Below, in pieces: positions 30,110 through 38,701 of a stretch of DNA of 64,000 nucleotides. Numbering within the stretch: position 1 is the stretch's first letter; each line of letters opens with the position of its first letter. The notes beneath the pieces were generated by a model. It did not search any database. It saw nothing but the letters and a program-made list of their open reading frames with translations, and was not told the origin of the DNA. Both the position numbers and the translations under genes were made by a program. This DNA is from Reclinomonas americana ATCC 50394 (lineage: Eukaryota): contig PS015009.1 in assembly GCA_048213135.1 (NCBI GenBank), positions 682,001 to 746,000 on the forward strand, given 5' to 3'.

Positions 30110-31105
30110 ATGAAGTACACAGACAACGCCATCAATATTATTACAGCAAAAACCTACAAGGGAATTGGCAGAGCATGGATTGTAAAAAATTTAAAAGGAA
30201 ATGAAAGTGCTGATACTATTGTTTCCTTATTGAATGGGAACTCAAAGGAAGATTATCTAATCACACTTGATGATTTTGAGTATGAAAAAAATAAAATAAT
30301 CAATCAAATAGAAGCTTTTGGAGAAAGCTGCGATGGAATTGTTGCAATTGGTGACAAGAGTTTTCCAAAGTATAGAGGAAATGTTAAGGAAAGTGAGCGA
30401 CCAATTTTCCTTTTTTATAAAGGCGATATAAATCTATTGGATATTGAAAATCACAACATCACCGTTATTGGACTTCTTAACCCAGACGAAGCCATTGAAA
30501 TTAGAGAAAAAAAAATAGTCGCTGAAATTGTCAATAAAGGTGTGGCAATTGTTAGCGGCTTAGCATTTGGTTGTGATAGTATTGCACACAGACAAGCACT
30601 TATTGGAGGAAAAACAATCGCAGTTCTACCAAGTCCCTTAAACAGTATTATGCCTGCAAAAAATAAAAGTTTAGCATTTGAGATAGTTGAAGATGGCGGA
30701 CTTTTAATTACTGAATATTATGACGAACATAAATCTGCAATGGATTTAAGCAGCCGATACAAAGACCGTGATAGATTGCAAGCATTATTTTGTGATACTA
30801 TTATTTTAGCCGCTAGCTATGCACAAGATTCTGCAACTCGTTGGAAAATTACAGACCAAAAATTGGACAGTGGTGCAAGATTGGCAATGGGATTTGCAAA
30901 AGAATATAATATTCCCCGAGCAGTAATGTATGACCAAAACACTGATTCAAATAATCCAATGTTTGATTTGAATCGACAATTAATTTCAGAACAAAATGTT
31001 ACTATTTTAACTCAAAAAAACTTGCAAGAAATTATCGACAAGATTAAGACTAAAGACACAAGAAGTAACAGCAATATTGCTTATCAAAAAGATTTGTTTA
31101 GCTGA
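30110..31105 (+). CDS. DprA/Smf (SLOG) family protein (cassette 3, gene 3)
   Basis: PIFLFYKGD, IVSGLAFGCDSIAHRQAL, TIAVLP, GLLITEY, RDRLQA, SGA. Confidence 0.9.
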   Translation: MKYTDNAINIITAKTYKGIGRAWIVKNLKGNESADTIVSLLNGNSKEDYLITLDDFEYEKNKIINQIEAFGESCDGIVAIGDKSFPKYRGNVKESERPIFLFYKGDINLLDIENHNITVIGLLNPDEAIEIREKKIVAEIVNKGVAIVSGLAFGCDSIAHRQALIGGKTIAVLPSPLNSIMPAKNKSLAFEIVEDGGLLITEYYDEHKSAMDLSSRYKDRDRLQALFCDTIILAASYAQDSATRWKITDQKLDSGARLAMGFAKEYNIPRAVMYDQNTDSNNPMFDLNRQLISEQNVTILTQKNLQEIIDKIKTKDTRSNSNIAYQKDLFS

Positions 31106-31129
31106 CGAGAGGGCGAGACCAAACACACC

Positions 31130-31333
31130 TGCACCTAACAGGGGGTTTGCCAAAATACGGGCGGACGGAAGTTATCTTCGGCTTTTTGTAATTCTATTGT
31201 GCTTCATATCGGGCTGGACATTATCTATTTAGCTTTTGTTGTTATCTTCATCTTCAGTTTTTCAATCATCATCGGTACCGTGCGGACGGAATACTAATTC
31301 CCGTACTTCGGCAAGCCCTGTCCGTTGGCTGCT
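31130..31333 (+). repeat. attC-like element E3
   Basis: TGCACCTAAC-agg-GGGTTTGCCAAAATACGGG ... CCCGTACTTCGGCAAGCCC-tgtcc-GTTGGCTGCT. Confidence 0.88.
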
Positions 31334-31349
31334 ACTCTAAAGCGACATA

Positions 31350-31901
31350 ATGAAACTTTTTCCATTTCTAAAAAAGAAGGACAACAAAATAGTTTACAAA
31401 TGTTCTTGTTGTGGACAAGAATATAACAGTGTGCCGCTTTGTTTTGGCGGAGACTTTCCAGACTATTATTTTTCTGTCCCACCTGAAGAAAGAAATGAGA
31501 GAATCGAATTACAACCAAGCCTTTGTGTCGTTGACAAAACACATTTTTTTCATCGTGGCAGGTTGACAATTCCTATCATCGACCACACAGAAAATTTAAT
31601 TTTCAACGTTTGGACTTCTATAAGTGAAGACAATTTTGGAATTAGAATGGATTTTTGGGAAGACCCGAAACGAGTTGACCAAGAGCCGTATTTTGGTTGG
31701 TTGCAGACAATTGTACCAACTTATGGCGACACATTAAATATTAAGACAATCGCAATCGAGCAAGAAGTTGGACTAATTCCAAATATTCATGTCATAGAAG
31801 AAAATCATCCGCTAAAGGTTGACCAAGACAATGGAATCACTTATAAAGAAGCATTAAAAAAAGTTGACGAAATATTACGAATGCATCATCAGAAAAATTG
31901 A
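31350..31901 (+). CDS. DUF2199-like protein (cassette 4)
   Basis: YKCSCCGQEY, FFHRGRLTIPI, YFGWL, HPL..DQ.NGIT. Confidence 0.75.
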   Translation: MKLFPFLKKKDNKIVYKCSCCGQEYNSVPLCFGGDFPDYYFSVPPEERNERIELQPSLCVVDKTHFFHRGRLTIPIIDHTENLIFNVWTSISEDNFGIRMDFWEDPKRVDQEPYFGWLQTIVPTYGDTLNIKTIAIEQEVGLIPNIHVIEENHPLKVDQDNGITYKEALKKVDEILRMHHQKN

Positions 31902-31920
31902 CCTCATTATTTGACCGAGC

Positions 31921-32120
31921 AGCAGCCAACATGCGGTTTGCCGCAATGCTGGCAGGCTCAAGAACAATCGGCGGCAAATCATTAATGGACTTCGGTCCCG
32001 GCGTACATTATTCTATTGAGCATTTGTATTAACTTCAGCATAAAATCAATGACCGGGCTTTTGTTTCAGCGGACGGATATAGAATCCTAGCACTGCGGCA
32101 AGCCCTGCCCGTTGGCTGCA
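31921..32120 (+). repeat. attC-like element E4
   Basis: AGCAGCCAAC-atg-CGGTTTGCCGCAATGCTGG ... CTAGCACTGCGGCAAGCCC-tgccc-GTTGGCTGCA. Confidence 0.85.
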
Positions 32121-32154
32121 AGGCGAAACAGTCCATTCAAAATTGAAATCTTAA

Positions 32155-32679
32155 ATGAAAAAGGTAATTCTTAATACGCTTATTTTACTTTCTACTTCAA
32201 CCGCATTTTCTCAGACGGAGAAATTGGAATTAAAGGTTATTGATAGCCTCAATTTCTCGAAGCAGGAACTATATGTTAGAGCGAGGGCATTTATTGCTTA
32301 TAGTTTTAAGAATTCCAAAAATGTTATTCAAATGGACGATAAAGACGCTGGGAAGATAATTTGCAAAGGAAGCATGACACCTGCCAGTAAGGGAACTTTT
32401 GGAATGACGTATCAAAACAATGTGGATTTCACCTTAACAATAGACGTGAGGGACGGTAAGTATAGAGCTCTAATTTCAGAAATATATCATTCAGGCCTTG
32501 GACCTAAGAAAGAATATGCAGGTGGGGCTATTGAAAACGAAAAGCCTGCCTGCGGTACGTTTTTTATTCCCAAAAAGGATTGGGATAAAATGAAAGAGGC
32601 AATAAAGGCAGAAGCATCCGCCTATTTAGACAGTTTAAAGACAGCGATGAATAAAGAAGTGAAAAAAGATGATTTCTAA
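32155..32679 (+). CDS. Exported DUF4468-like protein (cassette 5)
   Basis: Signal peptide; SKQELY..A, VIQMDDKDAGKII, IDVRDGKYR. Confidence 0.7.
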   Translation: MKKVILNTLILLSTSTAFSQTEKLELKVIDSLNFSKQELYVRARAFIAYSFKNSKNVIQMDDKDAGKIICKGSMTPASKGTFGMTYQNNVDFTLTIDVRDGKYRALISEIYHSGLGPKKEYAGGAIENEKPACGTFFIPKKDWDKMKEAIKAEASAYLDSLKTAMNKEVKKDDF

Positions 32680-32692
32680 CTCCTAACTGCCC

Positions 32693-32894
32693 TGCTGCTA
32701 ACATGGGCTTGGCGTAATTGGGGCTTGACGGAAAAACTTTCAGCTTCTGTACACATCCAGGCATTAGCTATGGGCCTGACCGTTTACTTAAAGTCATACG
32801 TTCTATTTAAATATTTCGTTTCTTTATAGCATCAAAGGCCGGGCGGACATAGGGTTAATTCCCCAACTACGCCAAGCCCTCGACGTTAGCTGTA
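32693..32894 (+). repeat. attC-like element E5
   Basis: TGCTGCTAAC-at-GGGCTTGGCGTAATTGGGG ... CCCCAACTACGCCAAGCCC-tcgac-GTTAGCTGTA. Confidence 0.88.
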
Positions 32895-32933
32895 ACCTTG
32901 GAGCGACACTACAAAAAATCAACAACAGACAAA

Positions 32934-33626
32934 ATGAGTATGAAGAAAATAGGATTAATAGGTGGAATTAGTTGGGTTTCGACAATAGATTATTACAAGT
33001 TCATCAACGAAGGAGTAAATACAAAATTGGGTGGACTAAATTTTGCTGAATGTATTATTTACTCTTTAAATTTTGGAGACATACAAGCAAAAAGTTGGGA
33101 CAATTCATTTGAACTACTATTGACCGCATGTGAGAGTTTGAAAAAAAGTGGTGTGGACAGTATAGTTTTGTGTGCTAATACTGCACATCTTTTTGCAGAC
33201 AAGCTTCAAGAAACAATCAATTTGCCAATTATTCATATTGGAGTAGAAACTGCAAAAGCTGTTAATAAACAAGGATATAAAAAAGTAGGACTGCTAGGAA
33301 CAAAATTCACAATGGAAATGGACTTCTACAGAAATAAACTTGAAGAGTATGGGCTTGAGGTTTTGATACCACAAAAACAAGAGACAAGAGATTACATTCA
33401 ACACACTATAAAAGAAGAATTAGGTATAGGATTTACTAATCCAGAGACAAAGAAAAACTACATTTCAATTGTAAAAGAATTGGTTGAGAATGGAGCTGAG
33501 TGTATTATTTTAGGTTGTACAGAAATACCAATGTTAATAAGTCAAGACGATTTTTCAACACCAATTTTTGACACGACAAAAATTCATTCACAAGCCATCA
33601 TTGAATATATTGTCTCAGAGAATTGA
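32934..33626 (+). CDS. Aspartate/glutamate racemase, RacX/YgeA-like (cassette 6)
   Basis: IGLIGGISW, CANTAH, LLGT, ILGCTEIP. Confidence 0.93.
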   Translation: MSMKKIGLIGGISWVSTIDYYKFINEGVNTKLGGLNFAECIIYSLNFGDIQAKSWDNSFELLLTACESLKKSGVDSIVLCANTAHLFADKLQETINLPIIHIGVETAKAVNKQGYKKVGLLGTKFTMEMDFYRNKLEEYGLEVLIPQKQETRDYIQHTIKEELGIGFTNPETKKNYISIVKELVENGAECIILGCTEIPMLISQDDFSTPIFDTTKIHSQAIIEYIVSEN

Positions 33627-33652
33627 GACAATATTAGACAGAAAAGAAAGGT

Positions 33653-33855
33653 AGCAGCCAACATGGGGTTTTCTGCTATGCTGGCTGAAGAATATATACT
33701 GATCATCCCATTCGCTTATCAGCTGTAGTTCGGGCTGAACGGAGAAACCCCAGCAACAGAATATAACATCAACTGCATTAAATTTACTCAGCAACAGTTC
33801 GGGCTGACGAATAACGGAATATCAGCACAGCAGAAAGCCCTGGCCGTTCGCGGCA
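33653..33855 (+). repeat. attC-like element E6
   Basis: AGCAGCCAAC-atg-GGGTTTTCTGCTATGCTGG ... TCAGCACAGCAGAAAGCCC-tggcc-GTTCGCGGCA. Confidence 0.87.
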
Positions 33856-33900
33856 AGCCGCCAAAGCTAAACTGTAATAACTTTTAAAGTGTCAGGTACA

Positions 33901-34407
33901 ATGACAAGAAATTTAGCGATTGCAAACCGACTTCGAGAGGTTCTTCTAAATGGAAAATGGATTGCCAACACAAACTTCAAAGAACAAATATTAAGCGTCA
34001 GTTGGGAACAGGCTATCCAAAAAGTCGGGAATTTAAATACGATTGCTTTGCTAACTTTTCATATAAACTATTATCTGCAAGGAATTCTGAACGTTTTTAA
34101 TGGCGGGCAACTTGAAATAAGAGACAAATACAGCTTTAACCTTCCAGAAATTAAGTCTGAAACAGATTGGAATGCATTAGTCAACGATTTCATAAATAAT
34201 TCTGAACTGTTTGCAAACAAAGTTGAACAAATGGCTGACAGCATGTTTGACCAACCATTTCTCGACGAAAAATACGGAAGTTATTTACGAAATATTGAAG
34301 GCGTTATTGAGCACAGCTATTATCATTTAGGGCAAGTTTCGTTAATAAGAAAGATGATTATTCAGAAACAGAATCTCAAAAGTGATAATAGTGAATCAAC
34401 AGAATAG
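33901..34407 (+). CDS. DinB/DUF1572-like protein (cassette 7)
   Basis: NTIALLTFHINYY and IEHSYYHLGQ DinB-type His motifs. Confidence 0.8.
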   Translation: MTRNLAIANRLREVLLNGKWIANTNFKEQILSVSWEQAIQKVGNLNTIALLTFHINYYLQGILNVFNGGQLEIRDKYSFNLPEIKSETDWNALVNDFINNSELFANKVEQMADSMFDQPFLDEKYGSYLRNIEGVIEHSYYHLGQVSLIRKMIIQKQNLKSDNSESTE

Positions 34408-34438
34408 AAAATTTGAGGCAGGTTTTACAAGAAAAGCC

Positions 34439-34475
34439 AGCCGCTAACATTGGTATTGCCCGCTGGTGGCAAGCA
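34439..34475 (+). repeat. Truncated attC-like element E7 (left end only)
   Basis: AGCCGCTAAC-att-GGTATTGCC, similar to the E2 left end; no right arm or GTT core seen. Confidence 0.6.
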
Positions 34476-34514
34476 TTCCAAAGCTCATCAAACAAACAGG
34501 ACAATAAAAAGAAA

Positions 34515-35069
34515 ATGAAAAAATCAATTTTGATATTAATCAGTCTTTTCAATATACTTATTAGTCAGGCGAGACAAACCGAATCAGATGTTAAAACATT
34601 AAAAGCTGACATAAACGCTAATGGACAAGTCGATGTAATAAAACCAGGCACGAATGCTCTTTCACTGAGCATTGACAATAAAAGCTATACTATTTCATAT
34701 GGTCTTTTAGGTTTTGAATCTTTATCTGAATTAAATTTTACAAATAATATTCTAACAATATCTGGATATAACAGCGGAACCGGTGCTTATAGCTGGGTTT
34801 ATAAATTCAGAAATAATAAATTAACTAAAAAAATAGAACTGATTGGATATGACGATTTCAATAAATGGGTTTCAGGAAATATTACAACAAGTATAAATAC
34901 CATAACAAATAAGTATAAAGTGATATTGGAAGAATATAACCATGCTAAACAGGAAATGGAAACTACAAAACATACAGGAAAAATTTCAATCAGGAGAATT
35001 GGGCTGACAGACATTAAGAAAGAAGACGTAGATAAACTTACTGGAATTGGCATGAAATACTGGAAGTAA
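34515..35069 (+). CDS. Hypothetical exported protein
   Basis: ATG 34515, MKKSILILISLF signal-like N-terminus; AT-rich like the cassettes. Confidence 0.7.
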   Translation: MKKSILILISLFNILISQARQTESDVKTLKADINANGQVDVIKPGTNALSLSIDNKSYTISYGLLGFESLSELNFTNNILTISGYNSGTGAYSWVYKFRNNKLTKKIELIGYDDFNKWVSGNITTSINTITNKYKVILEEYNHAKQEMETTKHTGKISIRRIGLTDIKKEDVDKLTGIGMKYWK

Positions 35070-35239
35070 TGAATATGCCAGCCACTGTCAATAAACTGAA
35101 AACCAAATACAAACAATAAACCTTGGTACAAGTACCACTCGGACCTAACTGTTAACGAACAGTTCCATGTCGCTTCAGGTTATTTTAATAAAATACATTA
35201 TATTTATTATAAATATACCTGCAACCTAAACGATACTCT

Positions 35240-35464
35240 ATGTATACAGAAACAATGGCCGAAACCTTACCGGTAAGCCAAAAAGATCATCTTCGCAAAA
35301 CCACCCACACACACCGGGAAATAACCCTCTCCGCGGCAAAGCCTGACATTACCATGCATCGCGGGGAGTGCTCTGTTTACGGGTGCTACTGTAAGGAATA
35401 TGTGGGAGCTAATGTGGGTACTTGTGAAAACTGTGGCCACCATTACGACAGTCACCGTTATTAA
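35240..35464 (+). CDS. Small Cys/His-rich protein
   Basis: C-terminal GECSVYGCYCKEY...CENCGHHYDSH. Confidence 0.5.
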   Translation: MYTETMAETLPVSQKDHLRKTTHTHREITLSAAKPDITMHRGECSVYGCYCKEYVGANVGTCENCGHHYDSHRY

Positions 35465-35579
35465 CATGTAAAGATTTTTCTGTCCGTTTCCTGCCATACA
35501 AACTGGCATGATGGTTATTTTATTGTCAGTATGTTGCCCACAACATGCCGGCGACAGGTTTCTACCAACAAACGCGTCA

Positions 35580-36110
35580 TCAGAGTTTTACACTCACCCT
35601 AAAAGTTTTGGCATCTGTTGCCTCCAGCCATAACAGCGCCCTTTTTCCGTTCTCCATCTGAACGAGAAAACAATGGTACTTAATCCCTGCAGCCAGGTCA
35701 TCTGTTATGGAGGCGAAATGCACAAAAGAGTTTTTAGTCAGGTAGCCTGTCATTCTTTGCAGGTCCTGGCTGGTATTGCATTTGTCAAACTGGTCTTTAT
35801 CGAAGCTCAGGGTGCTGATAACAGAGGCTGTGCCTCTCAGGTCAACAGGGATCTTTTCGTCCTTTCCGCTCATATTGTACCACTCCGCCACCTGCTTTTT
35901 ATCATTCTGGGTTATGATCAGGGCCAGGTCCACGCTTGATTTATTGTTCTTCGCCTCTTCAGTTGTAAATACTTTTTTCTGTGATATACCCAGGTAACTG
36001 TTGGCGCCAACCCGGGGGTTCAGGGTAGCGGTAAAACTGGTCAGTTTTTGCGCCAAGCCCGGCAAAACGGTCATTATGCTTAAAAAAGTAACTACAATTG
36101 ATTTCAACAT
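35580..36110 (-). CDS. Hypothetical exported protein
   Basis: 176-aa ORF with a signal-like N-terminus. Confidence 0.65.
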   Translation of the reverse strand: MLKSIVVTFLSIMTVLPGLAQKLTSFTATLNPRVGANSYLGISQKKVFTTEEAKNNKSSVDLALIITQNDKKQVAEWYNMSGKDEKIPVDLRGTASVISTLSFDKDQFDKCNTSQDLQRMTGYLTKNSFVHFASITDDLAAGIKYHCFLVQMENGKRALLWLEATDAKTFRVSVKL

Positions 36111-36293
36111 GATGATTTGATTTTTTAGGATGCAATTTAATATTCATTAAAGTAAATTGCAATATTTTAAATTACTTTAGGGTTAGGCTCTTCTGGCAAT
36201 TTTGATATGCCTGTCAGCACCGGCGCCAGCTTCACGCGATGATATTTTTCGTATTTTCAGTCGGCATCACCTGCAACAATAAAACATGACCAT

Positions 36294-36863
36294 ATGAGAA
36301 AAATAATTTCCTTCATGCATATATCCCTCAATGGCTTTGTAGCCGGCCCGAATGGTGAAATGGACTGGATCATCATCAATGAGGAGCTCTTCGATCATGT
36401 TGGTAAACGGATAAGCAAAGGCGACACGGCCTTATACGGACGGGTAACTTATGATATGATGGAAAGCTACTGGCCAACCGCGGGAGACAAACCCACTGCA
36501 AGTAAACACGATATTGAACACTCCAGGTGGTACAGCCAAGTCCACAAAGTGGTATTATCAAAAACCATGAAAGACACAGACCTGGCCAACACCACCATCA
36601 TCAGCGACAATCTTCCGGGCGAATTAAATAAAATAACACAGCAGCCGGGCGAAGACATCCTGCTTTTTGGCAGCCCTACGGCAACACATGCACTCATACA
36701 GCTGGGACTGATCGACGGCTACTGGCTGTTCGTTAACCCGGTTATTCTCGGGCAGGGCATTCCATTATTTACAGGCATCAAAGACAAAGTAAAACTGAAA
36801 CTGCTGACCACCCACCAATTTGCGTGCGGGGTAACTGAACTGAATTATACCGTAGTAAGATAA
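36294..36863 (+). CDS. Dihydrofolate reductase / RibD C-terminal family protein
   Basis: SLNGFVAGPNG, YGRVTY, GLID, PVILGQGIPLF. Confidence 0.9.
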   Translation: MRKIISFMHISLNGFVAGPNGEMDWIIINEELFDHVGKRISKGDTALYGRVTYDMMESYWPTAGDKPTASKHDIEHSRWYSQVHKVVLSKTMKDTDLANTTIISDNLPGELNKITQQPGEDILLFGSPTATHALIQLGLIDGYWLFVNPVILGQGIPLFTGIKDKVKLKLLTTHQFACGVTELNYTVVR

Positions 36864-36934
36864 AACGAACACCGATATTGGCTTTTCTCAATAACCTGCC
36901 CATGAAAACTGAGCACCCCTAATTTTAAAGCCAT

Positions 36935-37366
36935 ATGAATACAAAAGCACAGATCAAACAGTATATTGACAGCCAGCCTGAACCCAAACGCGGCGACATG
37001 CAAAACCTGCATGGCATCATCCAGGAAATAATGCCTGCAGGTGAACTTTGGTTTCTCGATGGCAAAGACAGCAACAATAAAACCGTTTCCAACCCCAACA
37101 TAGGGTACGGGCGCTACACCATACAATACGCAGGCGGAAAAACCAGGGAGTTTTACCAGGTTGGCATGAGTGCCAACACAACCGGTATATCTGTCTATAT
37201 CCTTGGCATCGACGATAAAACCTACCTGGCCCAAACCTATGGCAAAAAACTGGGCAAGGCCAGTGTTACGGGGTATTGTATTAAGTTCAAAGCGCTGAAA
37301 GATATAAATGTTGATGTACTGAAAGAAGCCATCCTCTACGGGGTTAAAAACTCGCTCCGAAACTAA
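36935..37366 (+). CDS. DUF1801 (YdhG-like) protein
   Basis: YIDS, IGYG.Y, LGK....CIKFK.L.D. Confidence 0.75.
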   Translation: MNTKAQIKQYIDSQPEPKRGDMQNLHGIIQEIMPAGELWFLDGKDSNNKTVSNPNIGYGRYTIQYAGGKTREFYQVGMSANTTGISVYILGIDDKTYLAQTYGKKLGKASVTGYCIKFKALKDINVDVLKEAILYGVKNSLRN

Positions 37367-37513
37367 TATTACAACCAGCACTGGAAATAATATCCGGCTG
37401 ACAATAGCCATTTTCCCGTTCCTCTTCACAAATGGTATTTGTTACACCTCCGTGCCAGTGGGTATTTCCCTGTTATGCCCCGCCCCCTACATTTACCGCA
37501 CTAAAAATCAATC

Positions 37514-38410
37514 ATGAACTTTCGATTCCTTTTAACCCTGGTATTGGCCGCATGTTCCATCAGCCTGTCCGCACAATCGTCCCTTACGCAAAAGTTTCGC
37601 AAAAATGTGCCGGTGCAAATGACGTACTATGAAAGGTTATACGACGCCAACAACACCCGCACCTCCAAAAACAAACTGAAAAAGACCAAAGAGTTCACCG
37701 ACAGTGAAGTAGAAGAAATATTCACCCGTCTCGGCATCGATTCGGAGATTCCCTCAAAACTCAATAACCAGGACAGGGAAGCACTGCAACATTACGTGGT
37801 GTATGAGATCTCCGATTTTTCTTTAATGGGATATAAATTCTCATTGATCTGGATACCCTATGACGAAAATAAACACATGCCCAAAAACATGCAGCCACCC
37901 ACAAAAGACGGCACCATCTTCTATACTTATACCAAGCACCTTTCCTTTAATGGTAAAGATGCTTCCGGCAATCTTCTTGCCAAAGCAGGCACACCACTTT
38001 CCGCGCCGGAACCCATAAACGTGAGTGTTGCCGACATGAGCCAGTTCCTCAATGGTGGAAAAGAGAAAATGAAAGACATACCACAGGTATTCAAAGCCGG
38101 CGCCGATCCGCAACTCGTAAAACAGGGCGAGGCTGATTATTATGCCATGCAGTCCCGCTTCCCGAATATTTCAAAAGAGTACACCCAGTTCAGGGATAAG
38201 GTATTCGCACAGGTACTGGAAGACAGGAAGACCGGCACCCAGGCCAACCTCTTCATGAAAAAAGAAAGAGAGGGCGGACAAAAATTGCTCGATGAGTGGC
38301 ATTCCAAAATCGACGCCTTCCTCAAAAAGTACAGTGCCATCATCACTCCCGAAGCTGAAGCCGAAATAAGTGGCTGGCACAACCAGGCACTGCATTATAT
38401 CGATTATTAA
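37514..38410 (+). CDS. Hypothetical exported protein
   Basis: 298-aa ORF with a signal peptide. Confidence 0.7.
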   Translation: MNFRFLLTLVLAACSISLSAQSSLTQKFRKNVPVQMTYYERLYDANNTRTSKNKLKKTKEFTDSEVEEIFTRLGIDSEIPSKLNNQDREALQHYVVYEISDFSLMGYKFSLIWIPYDENKHMPKNMQPPTKDGTIFYTYTKHLSFNGKDASGNLLAKAGTPLSAPEPINVSVADMSQFLNGGKEKMKDIPQVFKAGADPQLVKQGEADYYAMQSRFPNISKEYTQFRDKVFAQVLEDRKTGTQANLFMKKEREGGQKLLDEWHSKIDAFLKKYSAIITPEAEAEISGWHNQALHYIDY

Positions 38411-38411
38411 A

Positions 38412-38441
38412 CTGTCATCCCCGGCGAAGCGAGGTATCTCT
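38412..38441 (+). repeat. REP-like dispersed intergenic repeat
   Basis: TGTCATCCCCGGCGAAGCGAGGTATCT resembles the reverse complement of 63295-63320 (TGTCATACCGAGGTAACGAGGTATCT). Confidence 0.55.
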
Positions 38442-38701
38442 CTGGTGCAAATTATTCCGGGGGCTTTCTGCTCCCATACTCCCATCATCACCTGCAGGCG
38501 CTATCCGTTGCAACCTGCGCTGCGCTGCGGTTTTCACTGCTATCGCCCAGCCTGTGAGCGGTTGTGCGTTATTCAGCAATTTCCAATGAAATAACGCGGC
38601 ATAAGGAAACCGGACAGCCTTACTATATTATCTGGTTTTGTAACTTTATCTGGCGCCTAAACTGATTTTTTACGCTTATAGCTAAACTTAAATAAACAGC
38701 A

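Larger units (their letters stand above)
26441..34475 (+). mobile_element. Non-canonical integron-like platform: integrase, attI-like site and 7 cassettes
   Basis: Recombinase followed by unrelated AT-rich ORFs, each closed by a conserved AAC...GTT hairpin element. Confidence 0.85.

Noticed and set aside
30110-31105. Competence DprA with ComF
   Set aside because: AT-rich cassette context, linkage to a HAD gene and divergent sequence fit a ShosTA-like module better; comEA at the window end is unlinked.
28013-33855. Elements as ordinary terminators or MITEs
   Set aside because: Loops are mostly ~140 nt, no U-tract follows the stem, no target-site duplications were seen, and the cores match across cassettes rather than only within an element.
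28013-34475. CRISPR array or tandem-repeat interpretation of the recurring elements
   Set aside because: Repeats are 100-200 bp, divergent, and separated by whole genes; no cas genes are present.
26441-35069. Prophage or ICE
   Set aside because: No structural, replication or conjugation genes, and no flanking direct repeat or adjacent tRNA was seen.
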